Notes under the pieces: generated by a model
Told to the model about the DNA's origin: nothing
The model's input: the letters and a program-made list of their open reading frames with translations, nothing else
Databases searched by the model: none
Translations under genes and position numbers: made by a program
Part shown: piece after piece, positions 46,981 to 56,745 of the stretch
Layout of the letters: each line of letters begins with the position of its first letter
Numbering within the stretch: the first letter of the stretch is position 1
Assembly (NCBI GenBank): GCA_964421845.1
Contig: CAYQYY010000007.1
Location: 46,804-110,803 of the forward strand
Length of the DNA stretch: 64,000 nt
Source of the DNA: an uncultured Clostridia bacterium
GTDB taxonomy: Bacteria; Bacillota; Clostridia; Tissierellales; Sedimentibacteraceae
Direction: 5' to 3'

Positions 46981-47479
46981 GACCTTTATGCCTCCTTAAT
47001 ATATTAAATATTGAGCAACGTTTTATTTGAAACACGGCAGGTTGTTGGGGCTCAATAAATTTTTCTAATTTAATGCTGATGCTGTCAGTATGAAGAGTAT
47101 GATCTGCATAGGTTCCCACCATGTATGTAAATTCTTTTAATTCTCTGTCAATATCATTTATTTCAACCATACCCTCTTTAAAAGTCATATGAATATCGGG
47201 ATTATCACTGCCATCAGGCATTCCGGCGCCATATGAATAAAAGGTTGTTTTATAAACTATAAATTTATTACCATCAATCTTATAGAATTCATTAACAGGT
47301 GTTCTGTTTACCGAATGAAGGAAGCTTATGTGAAAATTTCTATAATCATCAAGACTTCCCATAAATACTGTTTCATTTGTGTTCCCGTTTGAAATGGTAA
47401 ATCGTTCTATTGAGGGAACAAACAAAAAGATTATTGCTGATAAAATAAAAAATGAGACAATGAATATTTTATTTTTCAT
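46973..47479 (-). CDS. DUF1850-domain protein (TAXI-TRAP associated)
   Basis: N-terminal TM then the HSVNRTPVNEFYKIDGNKFIVYKTTFYSYGAGMP pattern. Start moved to the ATG at 47479 (GGGAG RBS). Confidence 0.7.
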   Translation of the reverse strand: MKNKIFIVSFFILSAIIFLFVPSIERFTISNGNTNETVFMGSLDDYRNFHISFLHSVNRTPVNEFYKIDGNKFIVYKTTFYSYGAGMPDGSDNPDIHMTFKEGMVEINDIDRELKEFTYMVGTYADHTLHTDSISIKLEKFIEPQQPAVFQIKRCSIFNILRRHKGHG

Positions 47480-47566
47480 ACTGCTCCCATATCTAAACAA
47501 TAATTTTGAGGTGAAGTATTTTACATTAACAGTAAAAACTTCACGCTCAGAATTATAATTATTAAA

Positions 47567-48517
47567 TTATTTCAAAATTCCTTTTTCTTTAAAGTACTTT
47601 TCTGCACCAGGATGAAGAGGTATTGATATACCATTTAAAGCTTCCTCTAACTTAAGTTCTTTACCTTTTGCATGAGCAGTCGCTAATTCATTCTGGTTTT
47701 CAAACAAAGCTTTTGTAATATTATAAATTACATCGGTAGAAGCTTCTTTGTTTGTTGCCAATGTTGCTAATACAGCAGTAGTTTTAACATCTGCTGTTTG
47801 TCCGTTGTATGTGTTTGCAGGTATTGTATATTCTACAAAGAAAGGATATTTTTCAATCAATTTTCCTACTGCATCATCAGATAATGAAACCAATGAAACA
47901 GGATTCATAGCTGCAATGTCTTGAATTGATGAGTTAGGAATACCTGATGTTACGAAGAATGCATCGATATGTTTATCCTTGTAAGCATCTGCTGATTCAG
48001 CGAATGATAAATAACTTACTGTCATATCATCATATGTCATGCCGTAAGCTTCCAATATTTGTCTTGCATTAGCTTCAACGCCGCTTCCCGGAGCTCCAAC
48101 CGATACTTTTTTGCCTTTCAAATCTTCAATACTGTTTATGCCTTTAACAGCAACGATTTGAATAATTTCCGGGTATAATTTAGCTATACCTCTAAGGTTT
48201 TCAATCTTTGCATCTTTGAAAGCTTCTTTTCCGTTATAAGCATAGTCAAGCATATCGTTTTGAAGTATCGCAAGTTCTGCTTCGTTCTTTCCTAACAGTT
48301 TGCAGTTTTCAACAGATGCACCTGTTGCCTGCGCTGTTACATTCATGTTTTCAATTTTTGTGTTAAAAATGTTTGCCATAGCACCACCAAAAGGATAATA
48401 AGTTCCTGTGGTTCCGCCGGTAGCTAAAATAAGGTTTGTCTGCGGAGTTGAGCAAGCTGTCATAATAATTGTAGTTAATAAAATTATCACTAATAAAACT
48501 GAAAATCTTTTTTTCAT
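47567..48517 (-). CDS. TAXI-family TRAP transporter solute receptor lipoprotein
   Basis: Lipobox IMTAC. LATGGTTGTYYPFGGA is the TAXI (immunogenic protein) signature. Confidence 0.85.
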   Translation of the reverse strand: MKKRFSVLLVIILLTTIIMTACSTPQTNLILATGGTTGTYYPFGGAMANIFNTKIENMNVTAQATGASVENCKLLGKNEAELAILQNDMLDYAYNGKEAFKDAKIENLRGIAKLYPEIIQIVAVKGINSIEDLKGKKVSVGAPGSGVEANARQILEAYGMTYDDMTVSYLSFAESADAYKDKHIDAFFVTSGIPNSSIQDIAAMNPVSLVSLSDDAVGKLIEKYPFFVEYTIPANTYNGQTADVKTTAVLATLATNKEASTDVIYNITKALFENQNELATAHAKGKELKLEEALNGISIPLHPGAEKYFKEKGILK

Positions 48518-48726
48518 AAACTCCTCCTTTAATTTTATGTGTTATAATAAAAAGGACAAACATCCTTTTAAAACAAATATATGTTTTCTGAACACAAAAC
48601 ATTACAACATAATTTATATGCAAACGTTATATTTAAGGTATTATACCATTGCAGTTCATGCTTGTAAACAAGAAAATAAAGTATATTCTGTGTCATTCTG
48701 AACGCAGAGAAGAATCTCCGCTATAC

Positions 48727-50004
48727 TTAAAAATCTTCTACCATAATGATACTTGCAATTTGTGTTACGCTGTCAAAATTTTTGATTTCCTTCAATGCAT
48801 TATCAATGTTTTTCCTTTCAACATCATGAGTAATAAAAACTAACGGCGTCGTATTGTTGCCGTTTTTTTGTCTTTGAACAACAGAAGCTAAGGATATGTC
48901 ATTTTTACCGAAAACACTTGCAATTCTTGCCAATACTCCCGGCTTATCAATAACCTCAAAACGGATATAATATTTTTTATATGCTTTATTTACTATTTTA
49001 AATTTGTCGGATTTTATATTGTCCTTACCATCTATTCTTTTTTCATTTTTAACAATGGACATTATATCATTTAAAACGGCACTGCCTGTAGGGAGCGAAC
49101 CTGCACCCTTTCCATACAGCATTAACTCACCAACGGCATTACCTTTTAAAAACACTGCATTAAATTCATTTTTTACGGTTGATAACGGATGTCCTGAAGG
49201 TATGAATGCAGGATGCACCCTTAATTCAATTTCGTCATTTGTTTTAGTCGCAGAAGCCAAAAGTTTAATATTGTAACCTAATTCATTTGCGTAGCTTATG
49301 TCTTCTTTTGATATCTTTGTAATTCCTTCCTTTGGTATGTCATTGATATTAATTCTTTGTCCAAAGGCAATAGAAGACAATATAGCTATTTTATAAGCAG
49401 CATCATCTCCCTCCACATCGGAAGAAGGATCTTGCTCAGCAAAGCCCAATTTTTGCGCTTCCTTTACAGCTTGGTCATATTCCAGCCCGTTTTCAGTCAT
49501 TTGTGTAAGAATAAAATTAGTTGTGCCGTTAATAATTCCTGTTATTTGTTCAAATTCATTTGCTGAAAGATTTTCAGTAATTGTGTTAATTATAGGAATT
49601 CCACCTCCGACACTTGCTTCATACATTAGATTAACACCGTTTTTTACGGCTAATTCCTCTAATTCATCACCATGAGTTGCAATAAGTGCCTTATTAGCCG
49701 TTACGACATGCTTTTTATTATTTAAAGCTGCTTTTATGTAATCATAAGCGGGGTTTATACCTCCTATTAATTCAACAACGACTTGAATATCACTATTATT
49801 AATGATTTCATAAGCATCTGTTGTATAGGTATCTAAGGGCAAACTTACATTTCTTTTTTTGCTTACATCCTTTACAAGAACCTTACTTATAGATAATTGT
49901 TTGTTTAAAGTTCCGACTATTTTAGTATTGTTAAACTCAATTATATCTATAAGTCCTGATGCTACAGTTCCCATACCTAATATTCCTAATTTGATTATTT
50001 CCAT
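48727..50004 (-). CDS. hom: Homoserine dehydrogenase (with C-terminal ACT domain)
   Basis: Start at the ATG at 50004 (AAAGGAGGA RBS). NAD site GILGMGTVASG. Catalytic region ANKALIA...EASVGGGIPI. Confidence 0.9.
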   Translation of the reverse strand: MEIIKLGILGMGTVASGLIDIIEFNNTKIVGTLNKQLSISKVLVKDVSKKRNVSLPLDTYTTDAYEIINNSDIQVVVELIGGINPAYDYIKAALNNKKHVVTANKALIATHGDELEELAVKNGVNLMYEASVGGGIPIINTITENLSANEFEQITGIINGTTNFILTQMTENGLEYDQAVKEAQKLGFAEQDPSSDVEGDDAAYKIAILSSIAFGQRININDIPKEGITKISKEDISYANELGYNIKLLASATKTNDEIELRVHPAFIPSGHPLSTVKNEFNAVFLKGNAVGELMLYGKGAGSLPTGSAVLNDIMSIVKNEKRIDGKDNIKSDKFKIVNKAYKKYYIRFEVIDKPGVLARIASVFGKNDISLASVVQRQKNGNNTTPLVFITHDVERKNIDNALKEIKNFDSVTQIASIIMVEDF

Positions 50005-50102
50005 TTCGTCCTCCTTTAATGTTTTCATAATATGCACATGTGTTTTTAAAACAAACACTACAACAATATATCATAACTTTTCGTCAAGTTCAACAAATGT
50101 TT

Positions 50103-50137
50103 AAAAAAAATGCTGACAAATGTAAAATTGTCAGCAT
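50103..50137 (-). terminator. Rho-independent terminator of buk-ptb (minus strand)
   Basis: ATGCTGACA-N10-TGTCAGCAT. The A8 run on the + strand gives a T8 run on the minus strand. Confidence 0.8.
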
Positions 50138-50172
50138 TTCGAAATATAGGGTATTCAATTTGTGTTTTGATT

Positions 50173-51072
50173 CTAATCTAAAAGGAAACTTGAAAGCGCG
50201 ATTGATATTAATTTATCTTCAACCGAGTCTGAACGTGATGTCATAACTAACGGGACTGTTGTGCCGATTATCACTGAGCCAACTCGTTTGTGAGCATAAT
50301 ATGTTATTGCTTTATGTAGTACATTTCCCATACGAATATCAGAAACTAAGAGTATATCTGCATTACCTGCAACTTCACCCTTTACTCCTTTATGCATTGC
50401 TGATTCCACAGAAATTGCATTGTCAAGAGCAAAAGGACCATCTACTATACAACCCTTTATTTGGCCTCGGTCATTCATCTTACTTAATGTTGCTGCATCT
50501 ACAGTCTCGGGCATTGCCGGATTAACAACTTCTACTGCCGTTAAAACTGCAACCTTTGGGCATTCATAGCCAATCTTCTTTGCAAAATAAACTGCATTTT
50601 GAAGTATATCTTTTTTAGCATTAAGGTCCGGTGAAATATTCATTGCACAATCGGTTATAAAATTTAATCCGGTTCCGGAAATGTTATCTGTTACAGTTAT
50701 TTGAGATATCAGTTTATCTGAACGTAATCCCTTTTCTTTATCTAAAACCGCCCTCATAAAAGTTGCTGTTGCCAATAAACCTTTCATAGGCATATCAGCA
50801 ATACCTTTCCTTACTAACTCAACAACTTTTGCAGCACATAGAGCATCATTATCTGTGTCAATAATTTCTACATCTTTGAGATCATAGTTACCATCTTCAA
50901 TCATTTTAGTAATTGTTTCTTTGTTTCCGACAAAAATAAAATCTGCTATATTTTCCCTTCTTGCAATATCAGCAACCTGCAGTATATCATTGTCAGCCGC
51001 TTGAGCAACCGCTATTGTTTTTTTTGGACGATTAGCGACTATATGTAGTGCTTCATCTAATGATTTAATCAT
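50173..51072 (-). CDS. ptb: Phosphate butyryltransferase / phosphate acyltransferase
   Basis: Start at the ATG at 51072 (GGGAGGA RBS). PTA_PTB-family sequence, adjacent to butyrate kinase. Confidence 0.85.
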   Translation of the reverse strand: MIKSLDEALHIVANRPKKTIAVAQAADNDILQVADIARRENIADFIFVGNKETITKMIEDGNYDLKDVEIIDTDNDALCAAKVVELVRKGIADMPMKGLLATATFMRAVLDKEKGLRSDKLISQITVTDNISGTGLNFITDCAMNISPDLNAKKDILQNAVYFAKKIGYECPKVAVLTAVEVVNPAMPETVDAATLSKMNDRGQIKGCIVDGPFALDNAISVESAMHKGVKGEVAGNADILLVSDIRMGNVLHKAITYYAHKRVGSVIIGTTVPLVMTSRSDSVEDKLISIALSSFLLD

Positions 51073-51097
51073 AAAATTTTCCTCCCTTATGTTTTTT

Positions 51098-52177
51098 TTA
51101 TTCATAATGATGAATGGTCCATTTACCCTCTATTGCTAACAAAGCACCTTCAGCAAGTGATTCAATTTCATTTTCCCCGGGGAATAAATGGATTGGTGCA
51201 ATAAAGCTACACCATTTAGAAATTTCCTCTATTATATATTTTGAGTAAGCTAATCCTCCTGTAAAGCCGATGGCATCAACTTCACCTTTAAGAGTGACTG
51301 CTGCAGCCCCAATGCTTTTTGCTATTTGATAAATCATAGCATCATATACTTCTTTTGCGTTATTGTCTCCGTTGGATATCATTTGTTCGATATCTCTGCA
51401 TTCCGTAGTTCCTAACAGTTGATACAGTCCGCCTTTACCGTTAACCATTTTATACAACTGTTCATAAGTATATTTACCTGAATACGCATACTTTAGCACT
51501 TCACCGGCAGGTAAAGTTCCGGCTCTTTCAGGAGCCATAGGTCCATCGCCATCTAAGCCGTTGTTGACATCTTCAACCCTGCCCTTATGATGTGCAGCTA
51601 TGGACATGCCGCCTCCCATATGTACTATTATTGCATTCATATCATTGTAATTCTTGCCAAGCTCATTTGCTAATTTTCTTCCTACGGATTTTTGATTCAA
51701 AGCCTGGTAGAAACTTTTACGATAAACATCCTTCCACCCGGTATATCTCGATTGAGGTATGAATTCATCAATACAAGGTGCATCTACGGTTAAGGCAATT
51801 ATATTTAATTCTTTAGCTAAATCTAAAGCAATTGCACATCCTACGCCACATGGATGATTTCCATATTGTCTGCTTTTTGCATCATTTACCATAGCGTCAT
51901 TAATCCTGTAAGTTCCGCTGTTCATAGCTTTGACCGGTGCTCCTCTGGATACTATATAGTCAAAGTCTGATAGTTTGTAATTATATTGAGATACAAAGTC
52001 AGTGATAACCTTTTTTCTAAAATCATACTGATCCCAAATATCGTTTATTGTACGAAATACAGCATCCTTATCATGACGGATGGTATCTTGATGAAGACAT
52101 TCCATATTTTTATAAATTGCTACTTTAGTTGAGGTGCTGCCAAGATTCATAATCAATAATAAATTTTTCATAGACAT
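51098..52177 (-). CDS. buk: Butyrate (branched-chain acyl) kinase
   Basis: N-terminal ILIMNLGSTSTKVAIY, acetate/butyrate kinase family motifs (HMGGGMSIAAH). Confidence 0.9.
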   Translation of the reverse strand: MSMKNLLLIMNLGSTSTKVAIYKNMECLHQDTIRHDKDAVFRTINDIWDQYDFRKKVITDFVSQYNYKLSDFDYIVSRGAPVKAMNSGTYRINDAMVNDAKSRQYGNHPCGVGCAIALDLAKELNIIALTVDAPCIDEFIPQSRYTGWKDVYRKSFYQALNQKSVGRKLANELGKNYNDMNAIIVHMGGGMSIAAHHKGRVEDVNNGLDGDGPMAPERAGTLPAGEVLKYAYSGKYTYEQLYKMVNGKGGLYQLLGTTECRDIEQMISNGDNNAKEVYDAMIYQIAKSIGAAAVTLKGEVDAIGFTGGLAYSKYIIEEISKWCSFIAPIHLFPGENEIESLAEGALLAIEGKWTIHHYE

Positions 52178-52232
52178 GTTTTCTCCCTTCAGAGTTCAAT
52201 TTTAATCCACCTATAAATAATTTATTATAGTA

Positions 52233-52266
52233 CAAAAAACAAAACTGTGTTAATTAGCACAGTTTT
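52233..52266 (-). terminator. Rho-independent terminator after the Crp/Fnr gene (minus strand)
   Basis: AAAACTGTG-N8-CACAGTTTT with a T-run on the minus strand. Confidence 0.65.
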
Positions 52267-52305
52267 ATGAAAAAAAACATGTCATTATATAGATGCAGTA
52301 TTTGA

Positions 52306-53031
52306 TCAATCCAAATTGGAAAGGATATCTTCCAAAAGTGAGAGGTCGGGACAACAGATGGTTCTTTTGTTTTTACATATTAGTCCTTGATTTTTTAAAT
52401 TGTTGATGGCTTTGGTTATAGCTTCTCTGCGAGCACTGATCATGTCTCCGATTTCTTGGTCGGTAATTGTTAAATCTAAGATATAACCGTTACGACATGA
52501 ATTTTTCAGCTTGCATGAATTTTTTATACACATATTATTATCGGAACTTTTTGTACCGACAGTTAAGAATAGTGTAATTAACAGAGCTATTAATCTTTCT
52601 TCTATTTTTAAAAATGAAAGATATTCTACTTGATATGATAAAAGCCGAATTTTTCTGCTCATAGAATCAAAAACGTGAAATACAAGATCAGGGTTATCCT
52701 TCATCATATTGGTGAATTGCTCTTTATCTAAAGCAACCACGGTAGAATCCTTAAGTGCTTCGGCACATGAAAAACTTGGATATTCATCAAAAAATGCCGT
52801 TTCTCCAAAAAAAGAGCCCGGCTCATGAATTGCGAGCGTTTTTTCAGATCCATGAGAATTTGAAATACTGACCCTAACTCTACCCTCAGTTAAGAAGTAC
52901 AAGAAATCTCTCTTATCTTCTTGCTGAAAAATTAAGTTGCCTTTGCTGTAATAACGAATGTTTTTAGAATATTTCATAATTTTTTCTTGAATATTTTTGT
53001 CTTCGATAACCCAAAGCGACTTATTAAGCAT
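52306..53031 (-). CDS. Crp/Fnr-family transcriptional regulator
   Basis: cNMP-binding-type beta-roll (FFGETAFF) plus C-terminal HTH (IGDMISARREAITKAINNL). Confidence 0.8.
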   Translation of the reverse strand: MLNKSLWVIEDKNIQEKIMKYSKNIRYYSKGNLIFQQEDKRDFLYFLTEGRVRVSISNSHGSEKTLAIHEPGSFFGETAFFDEYPSFSCAEALKDSTVVALDKEQFTNMMKDNPDLVFHVFDSMSRKIRLLSYQVEYLSFLKIEERLIALLITLFLTVGTKSSDNNMCIKNSCKLKNSCRNGYILDLTITDQEIGDMISARREAITKAINNLKNQGLICKNKRTICCPDLSLLEDILSNLD

Positions 53032-53292
53032 TGAAATACCTCCAATTTAATACAAGTTGATACTTATTATAGAATATATAGTTCAAATTGTAAACATTAC
53101 TTGTTACCAAATTTGTATTTGGCCATCATGAACAATGCGAACTTCGTGATCTATCAATAAGTAGGGAGATTCTTCACTGCATTATCGACTAAAGTGGTTT
53201 TCATACCATTTTATATAAATAAACAATATTTTACAGTATTACAAAGTTTTACATTCAATAACTGTTAGAAAAGTAAAGGAGAGTGATTTATA

Positions 53293-53850
53293 ATGAAGGA
53301 AATCCGAATTCATGGAAGAGGTGGACAAGGAGCTGTTACGACATCTGAGATAATTGTCTATGCCGCAGTTCAAGATGGTAAATATGGTGCCTGTTTCCCT
53401 TATTTTGGATTTGAAAAAAAAGGCGGTCCGGTTAGTGCCTTTGTAAGAATTGATGATAAGAAAATCAGGGAAAAAAACCAAGTATACAACCCGGATTGTA
53501 TAATGGTGATTGATCCGACACTACTTAATAGTGTAGATGTATTTGTCGGTGCCAGAGAAAACGCTATACTGATTATTAACACCAAATCAATTGAAGGAAT
53601 TGAAATCCCGAAGAACATAACTAAAGTGGCTTATGTAGACGCAAATGCCGCATCAATGGAGATATTTGGCAGATTGTTACCGAATACCATTGTACTTGGT
53701 GCATTTATTAAAGCTACAAACTGGGTAAGCTTTGATAAGGTTAGTGAGAAAACTCAGGAGATCTGGGGACCTAAAAATCTTAAGGCATTAGAGTTTGGAT
53801 ATAACAATGTTGTTATAGAAGAAGTGAATGGAGGGATAATTCATGACTAA
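53293..53850 (+). CDS. 2-oxoacid:ferredoxin oxidoreductase gamma subunit
   Basis: N-terminal IRIHGRGGQGAVT signature. First of the gamma-delta-alpha-beta gene order. Confidence 0.85.
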   Translation: MKEIRIHGRGGQGAVTTSEIIVYAAVQDGKYGACFPYFGFEKKGGPVSAFVRIDDKKIREKNQVYNPDCIMVIDPTLLNSVDVFVGARENAILIINTKSIEGIEIPKNITKVAYVDANAASMEIFGRLLPNTIVLGAFIKATNWVSFDKVSEKTQEIWGPKNLKALEFGYNNVVIEEVNGGIIHD

Positions 53851-54103
53851 AACTGATTTTATATGTGCTGTAGGAAAGGAATTGAATATCATCAATACCG
53901 GCAGCTGGAAGGTTTACCCACCGGAAATACAGCAGGATAAATGCAAAAAATGCGGAATGTGTTTATTGTATTGTCCAACTAATTCTGTTAAGTTAATTGA
54001 TGGAAATTATCATATTGAATTAGAATTTTGTAAAGGATGTGGCGTATGTATCCATGAATGTCCTGCAAAAGCTATTGAATTTATTAAGGAGGAGCAGGAG
54101 TAG
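53843..54103 (+). CDS. 2-oxoacid:ferredoxin oxidoreductase delta subunit (2x[4Fe-4S])
   Basis: CKKCGMCLLYCP and CKGCGVCIHECP. Confidence 0.85.
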   Translation: MTKTDFICAVGKELNIINTGSWKVYPPEIQQDKCKKCGMCLLYCPTNSVKLIDGNYHIELEFCKGCGVCIHECPAKAIEFIKEEQE

Positions 54104-54105
54104 AA

Positions 54106-55293
54106 ATGAAAAATATTAAAGTTTTAGATGGAAACCATGCAGCAGCAATAGGTGCACTTCTTTCAAAACCGGAAGTGGTAGCTGCTTATCCGATAACACC
54201 TCAAACTCCGTTAGTACAACATTTTAGCCAATATGTTGCAGATGGAGTAATGGATTCAACAATCGTAGAGCCGGAATCAGAACATTCAGCTATGAGTGTA
54301 TTAACAGGTGCTTCCCTTGCCGGAGCAAGAACATTCACAGCTACTTCATCACAGGGTCTGGCATTAATGTATGAGCCATACTTTAGAGCATCTACAATGA
54401 GATTGCCCATAGTAATGAATATTGTAAACAGAGAAATGATATCTCCTCAATCAGTTTGGGGAGGACCTCAAGATTCTCTTACAGTTAGAGATGCCGGATG
54501 GATACAGATTTATGTTGAAGATAACCAAGAAATTTTAGATATGACTATTCAGGCATTTAAGATCGCTGAAAATAAGGATGTTTTATTGCCAATAAATATA
54601 TGTTACGATGGATTCTACTTATCACATATGACTGAAGGTGTAGAAGTTCCGTTACAGGAAGAAGTTAATGCATTTTTACCATCATATAAACCGACTCATG
54701 TGAAGCTTGATCCGGAAACTCCAATGGCTGTTGACCCGTTAACACCCGGAAACTATCTGCAATATTACAGAGAACTTCATATGACGGCTATGGATAATGC
54801 AAAAAGAGTTATAAAGGAAGTTAATGATGAATTTGCTGCAAAATTCGGCAGAGATTATTTTGGACTTGTTGAGCCATATAGAATGGAAGATGCCGAATAT
54901 GTTCTTGTAACATTAGGTTCTTTGACCGGATCTGCAAGAATAGCAGTTGATTTGGCAAGGGAGAAAGGTGTTAAATGCGGACTTATAAAAATAAGATCAC
55001 TCAGACCATTCCCGGTTGAAGAGGTAAAGGAATTCCTGAAAGATGCAAAGGCAATAGGAGTAATAGATCGTAACGTGAGCTTTGGCTGGCACACAGGAAT
55101 CGTTTATCAAGAAATAAAGTCAGCTATAAGCAGCTTAGAGCCAATTCCGACAGTACCATTCATAGGTGGCTTAGGCGGAGAAGATTTGACAACTGATCTG
55201 ATGGTTGAAGCTTTGGATAATGTTATCAAAGCAGGAGAAAGTAAGCAAATTGAAAATAAAGCCCACTGGCTAATTAACAGAAAGGGGAGATAA
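54106..55293 (+). CDS. 2-oxoacid:ferredoxin oxidoreductase alpha subunit
   Basis: 395 aa. GNHAAAIGA...AAYPITPQT is the N-terminal signature of POR/VOR alpha subunits. Confidence 0.85.
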   Translation: MKNIKVLDGNHAAAIGALLSKPEVVAAYPITPQTPLVQHFSQYVADGVMDSTIVEPESEHSAMSVLTGASLAGARTFTATSSQGLALMYEPYFRASTMRLPIVMNIVNREMISPQSVWGGPQDSLTVRDAGWIQIYVEDNQEILDMTIQAFKIAENKDVLLPINICYDGFYLSHMTEGVEVPLQEEVNAFLPSYKPTHVKLDPETPMAVDPLTPGNYLQYYRELHMTAMDNAKRVIKEVNDEFAAKFGRDYFGLVEPYRMEDAEYVLVTLGSLTGSARIAVDLAREKGVKCGLIKIRSLRPFPVEEVKEFLKDAKAIGVIDRNVSFGWHTGIVYQEIKSAISSLEPIPTVPFIGGLGGEDLTTDLMVEALDNVIKAGESKQIENKAHWLINRKGR

Positions 55294-55295
55294 AT

Positions 55296-56195
55296 ATGTC
55301 TATAGCAGAAAAAATGGCGTCATATGAAGATATGGTTGGTCCTGGCATAACTGCCTGTTTAGGATGTAATGTTGAGCTTTCAATGAGAACAGCACTACAA
55401 ATATTAGGACCTAATACAATAGTAGCAATTCCTCCGGGATGTATGGGAGGAGTACAGAGTGTAGGTTGGGCAGATAAAACCGGTATGAAAATTCCTGTTT
55501 TCTTTCCACTGCTTGACAATACTGCATCTATGCTTACAGGAATAAAGAAATATTATGAACGTATAGGCAGAGATGTGAATGCAGTTGCATTTGCAGGGGA
55601 CGGTGCATCTTTAGATGCCGGCTTCCAAGCATTATCAGGAGCTGCGGAAAGAGGAGACAATATAATATATATTTGTTATGATAATGAAGGTTATATGAAT
55701 ACCGGATTCCAAAGAAGCAGTTCCACATCTTTAGGATCATGGACATCAACTACTCCGGTAGGAACAAAAGGTCACGGTAAATCATCTCATAAAAAAGATA
55801 TGCCTTTGATAATGGCAGCCCATGGTATTCCTTATATGGCAACAGCATCACCGGCATATATGCCAGACTTAATAAAGAAAATAGAAAAAGCGAAAAATGT
55901 AAAGAATGGACTAGCATATATTCATATATATAACAGCTGTGCAACAGGTTGGGGATATGAATCCGAAAAGAGCATTGATATAGTCAGAAAAGGCGTTCAA
56001 TCAAGATTTATGCCGATTTATGAGTTCGAAAACGGAAAATATAAGTTAAGTATTGATGTCAAGAACCCGATTCCATTAAAGGATTATCTATATTCAATGA
56101 AAAAATTCAAACATGTCAGTGAAGAGCAAATAGCAGAATTACAGGAATATGTTGACGAGAAATGGGAAAACCTTAAAAAACTTTGTGCAGAATAA
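55296..56195 (+). CDS. 2-oxoacid:ferredoxin oxidoreductase beta subunit (TPP-binding)
   Basis: TPP motif GDGASLDAGFQALSGAAERGDNIIYICYDNEGYMNTG. Cys ligands CLGC near the N-terminus. Confidence 0.85.
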   Translation: MSIAEKMASYEDMVGPGITACLGCNVELSMRTALQILGPNTIVAIPPGCMGGVQSVGWADKTGMKIPVFFPLLDNTASMLTGIKKYYERIGRDVNAVAFAGDGASLDAGFQALSGAAERGDNIIYICYDNEGYMNTGFQRSSSTSLGSWTSTTPVGTKGHGKSSHKKDMPLIMAAHGIPYMATASPAYMPDLIKKIEKAKNVKNGLAYIHIYNSCATGWGYESEKSIDIVRKGVQSRFMPIYEFENGKYKLSIDVKNPIPLKDYLYSMKKFKHVSEEQIAELQEYVDEKWENLKKLCAE

Positions 56196-56217
56196 AGGAT
56201 AGAATGGGTGATAAAAT

Positions 56218-56730
56218 ATGAAAACAATTAATCGAGTAATTGATATTTGCATTGCGGCTCTTTCAGGAATAGCAGCACTATCATTGGCTTTCTTGCTGCT
56301 TGGAATATGTTATTCAACTTTTTCAAGATTTATATTTAACAAGCCGTTATCAAACTTAGTTGAGTATTCGACATACAGTTTGATATATATTACATTCTTA
56401 GGATCGCCTCAGATATTAAAAAATAAAGGGCATATAAATTTAGATATAGTAACAAATGCTTTACCGGCAAAAGTTAATAATATCTTGTCTATGATTGTTA
56501 ATGTTGTAGGTACTGTTATTTGTGCATGTATTTTTTATTTTGGATTATTAGTTGTAACTGATAACTATAATTTCAAAATTAAAGTAATGGATTCTATGGG
56601 AACACCAATGTGGCTACTCACAATTGTTATCCCAGTAGGTATGTTCTTTCTCACTATACAATACATAAGAAATTTCTTTAGCGATTATGATGAGTTTAAG
56701 AAATACAAAAATGTTAAAAAAGCAGTTTAA
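56218..56730 (+). CDS. dctQ: TRAP transporter small permease
   Basis: 170 aa, 4 TM, directly upstream of the large permease gene. Confidence 0.8.
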   Translation: MKTINRVIDICIAALSGIAALSLAFLLLGICYSTFSRFIFNKPLSNLVEYSTYSLIYITFLGSPQILKNKGHINLDIVTNALPAKVNNILSMIVNVVGTVICACIFYFGLLVVTDNYNFKIKVMDSMGTPMWLLTIVIPVGMFFLTIQYIRNFFSDYDEFKKYKNVKKAV

Positions 56731-56745
56731 GGAGAGGTGATTTTT

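Noticed and set aside
48683-48722. GTCATTCTGAACGCAGAGAAGAATCTCCGC, and a loosely similar GTCATCATGAGCGATAGCGAAAGATGCCC at 62471-62500. They resemble a dispersed intergenic REP-like motif seen in many Firmicutes and Bacteroidetes.
   Set aside because: Only two diverged copies in the window. The similarity is too weak to define a family or function without a genome-wide search.
53140-53160. TGATCTATCA palindrome between the Crp/Fnr gene and the oxidoreductase operon, considered as an FNR/CRP box.
   Set aside because: Half-site spacing (2 nt) does not fit TTGAT-N4-ATCAA or TGTGA-N6-TCACA. Too short to be meaningful.
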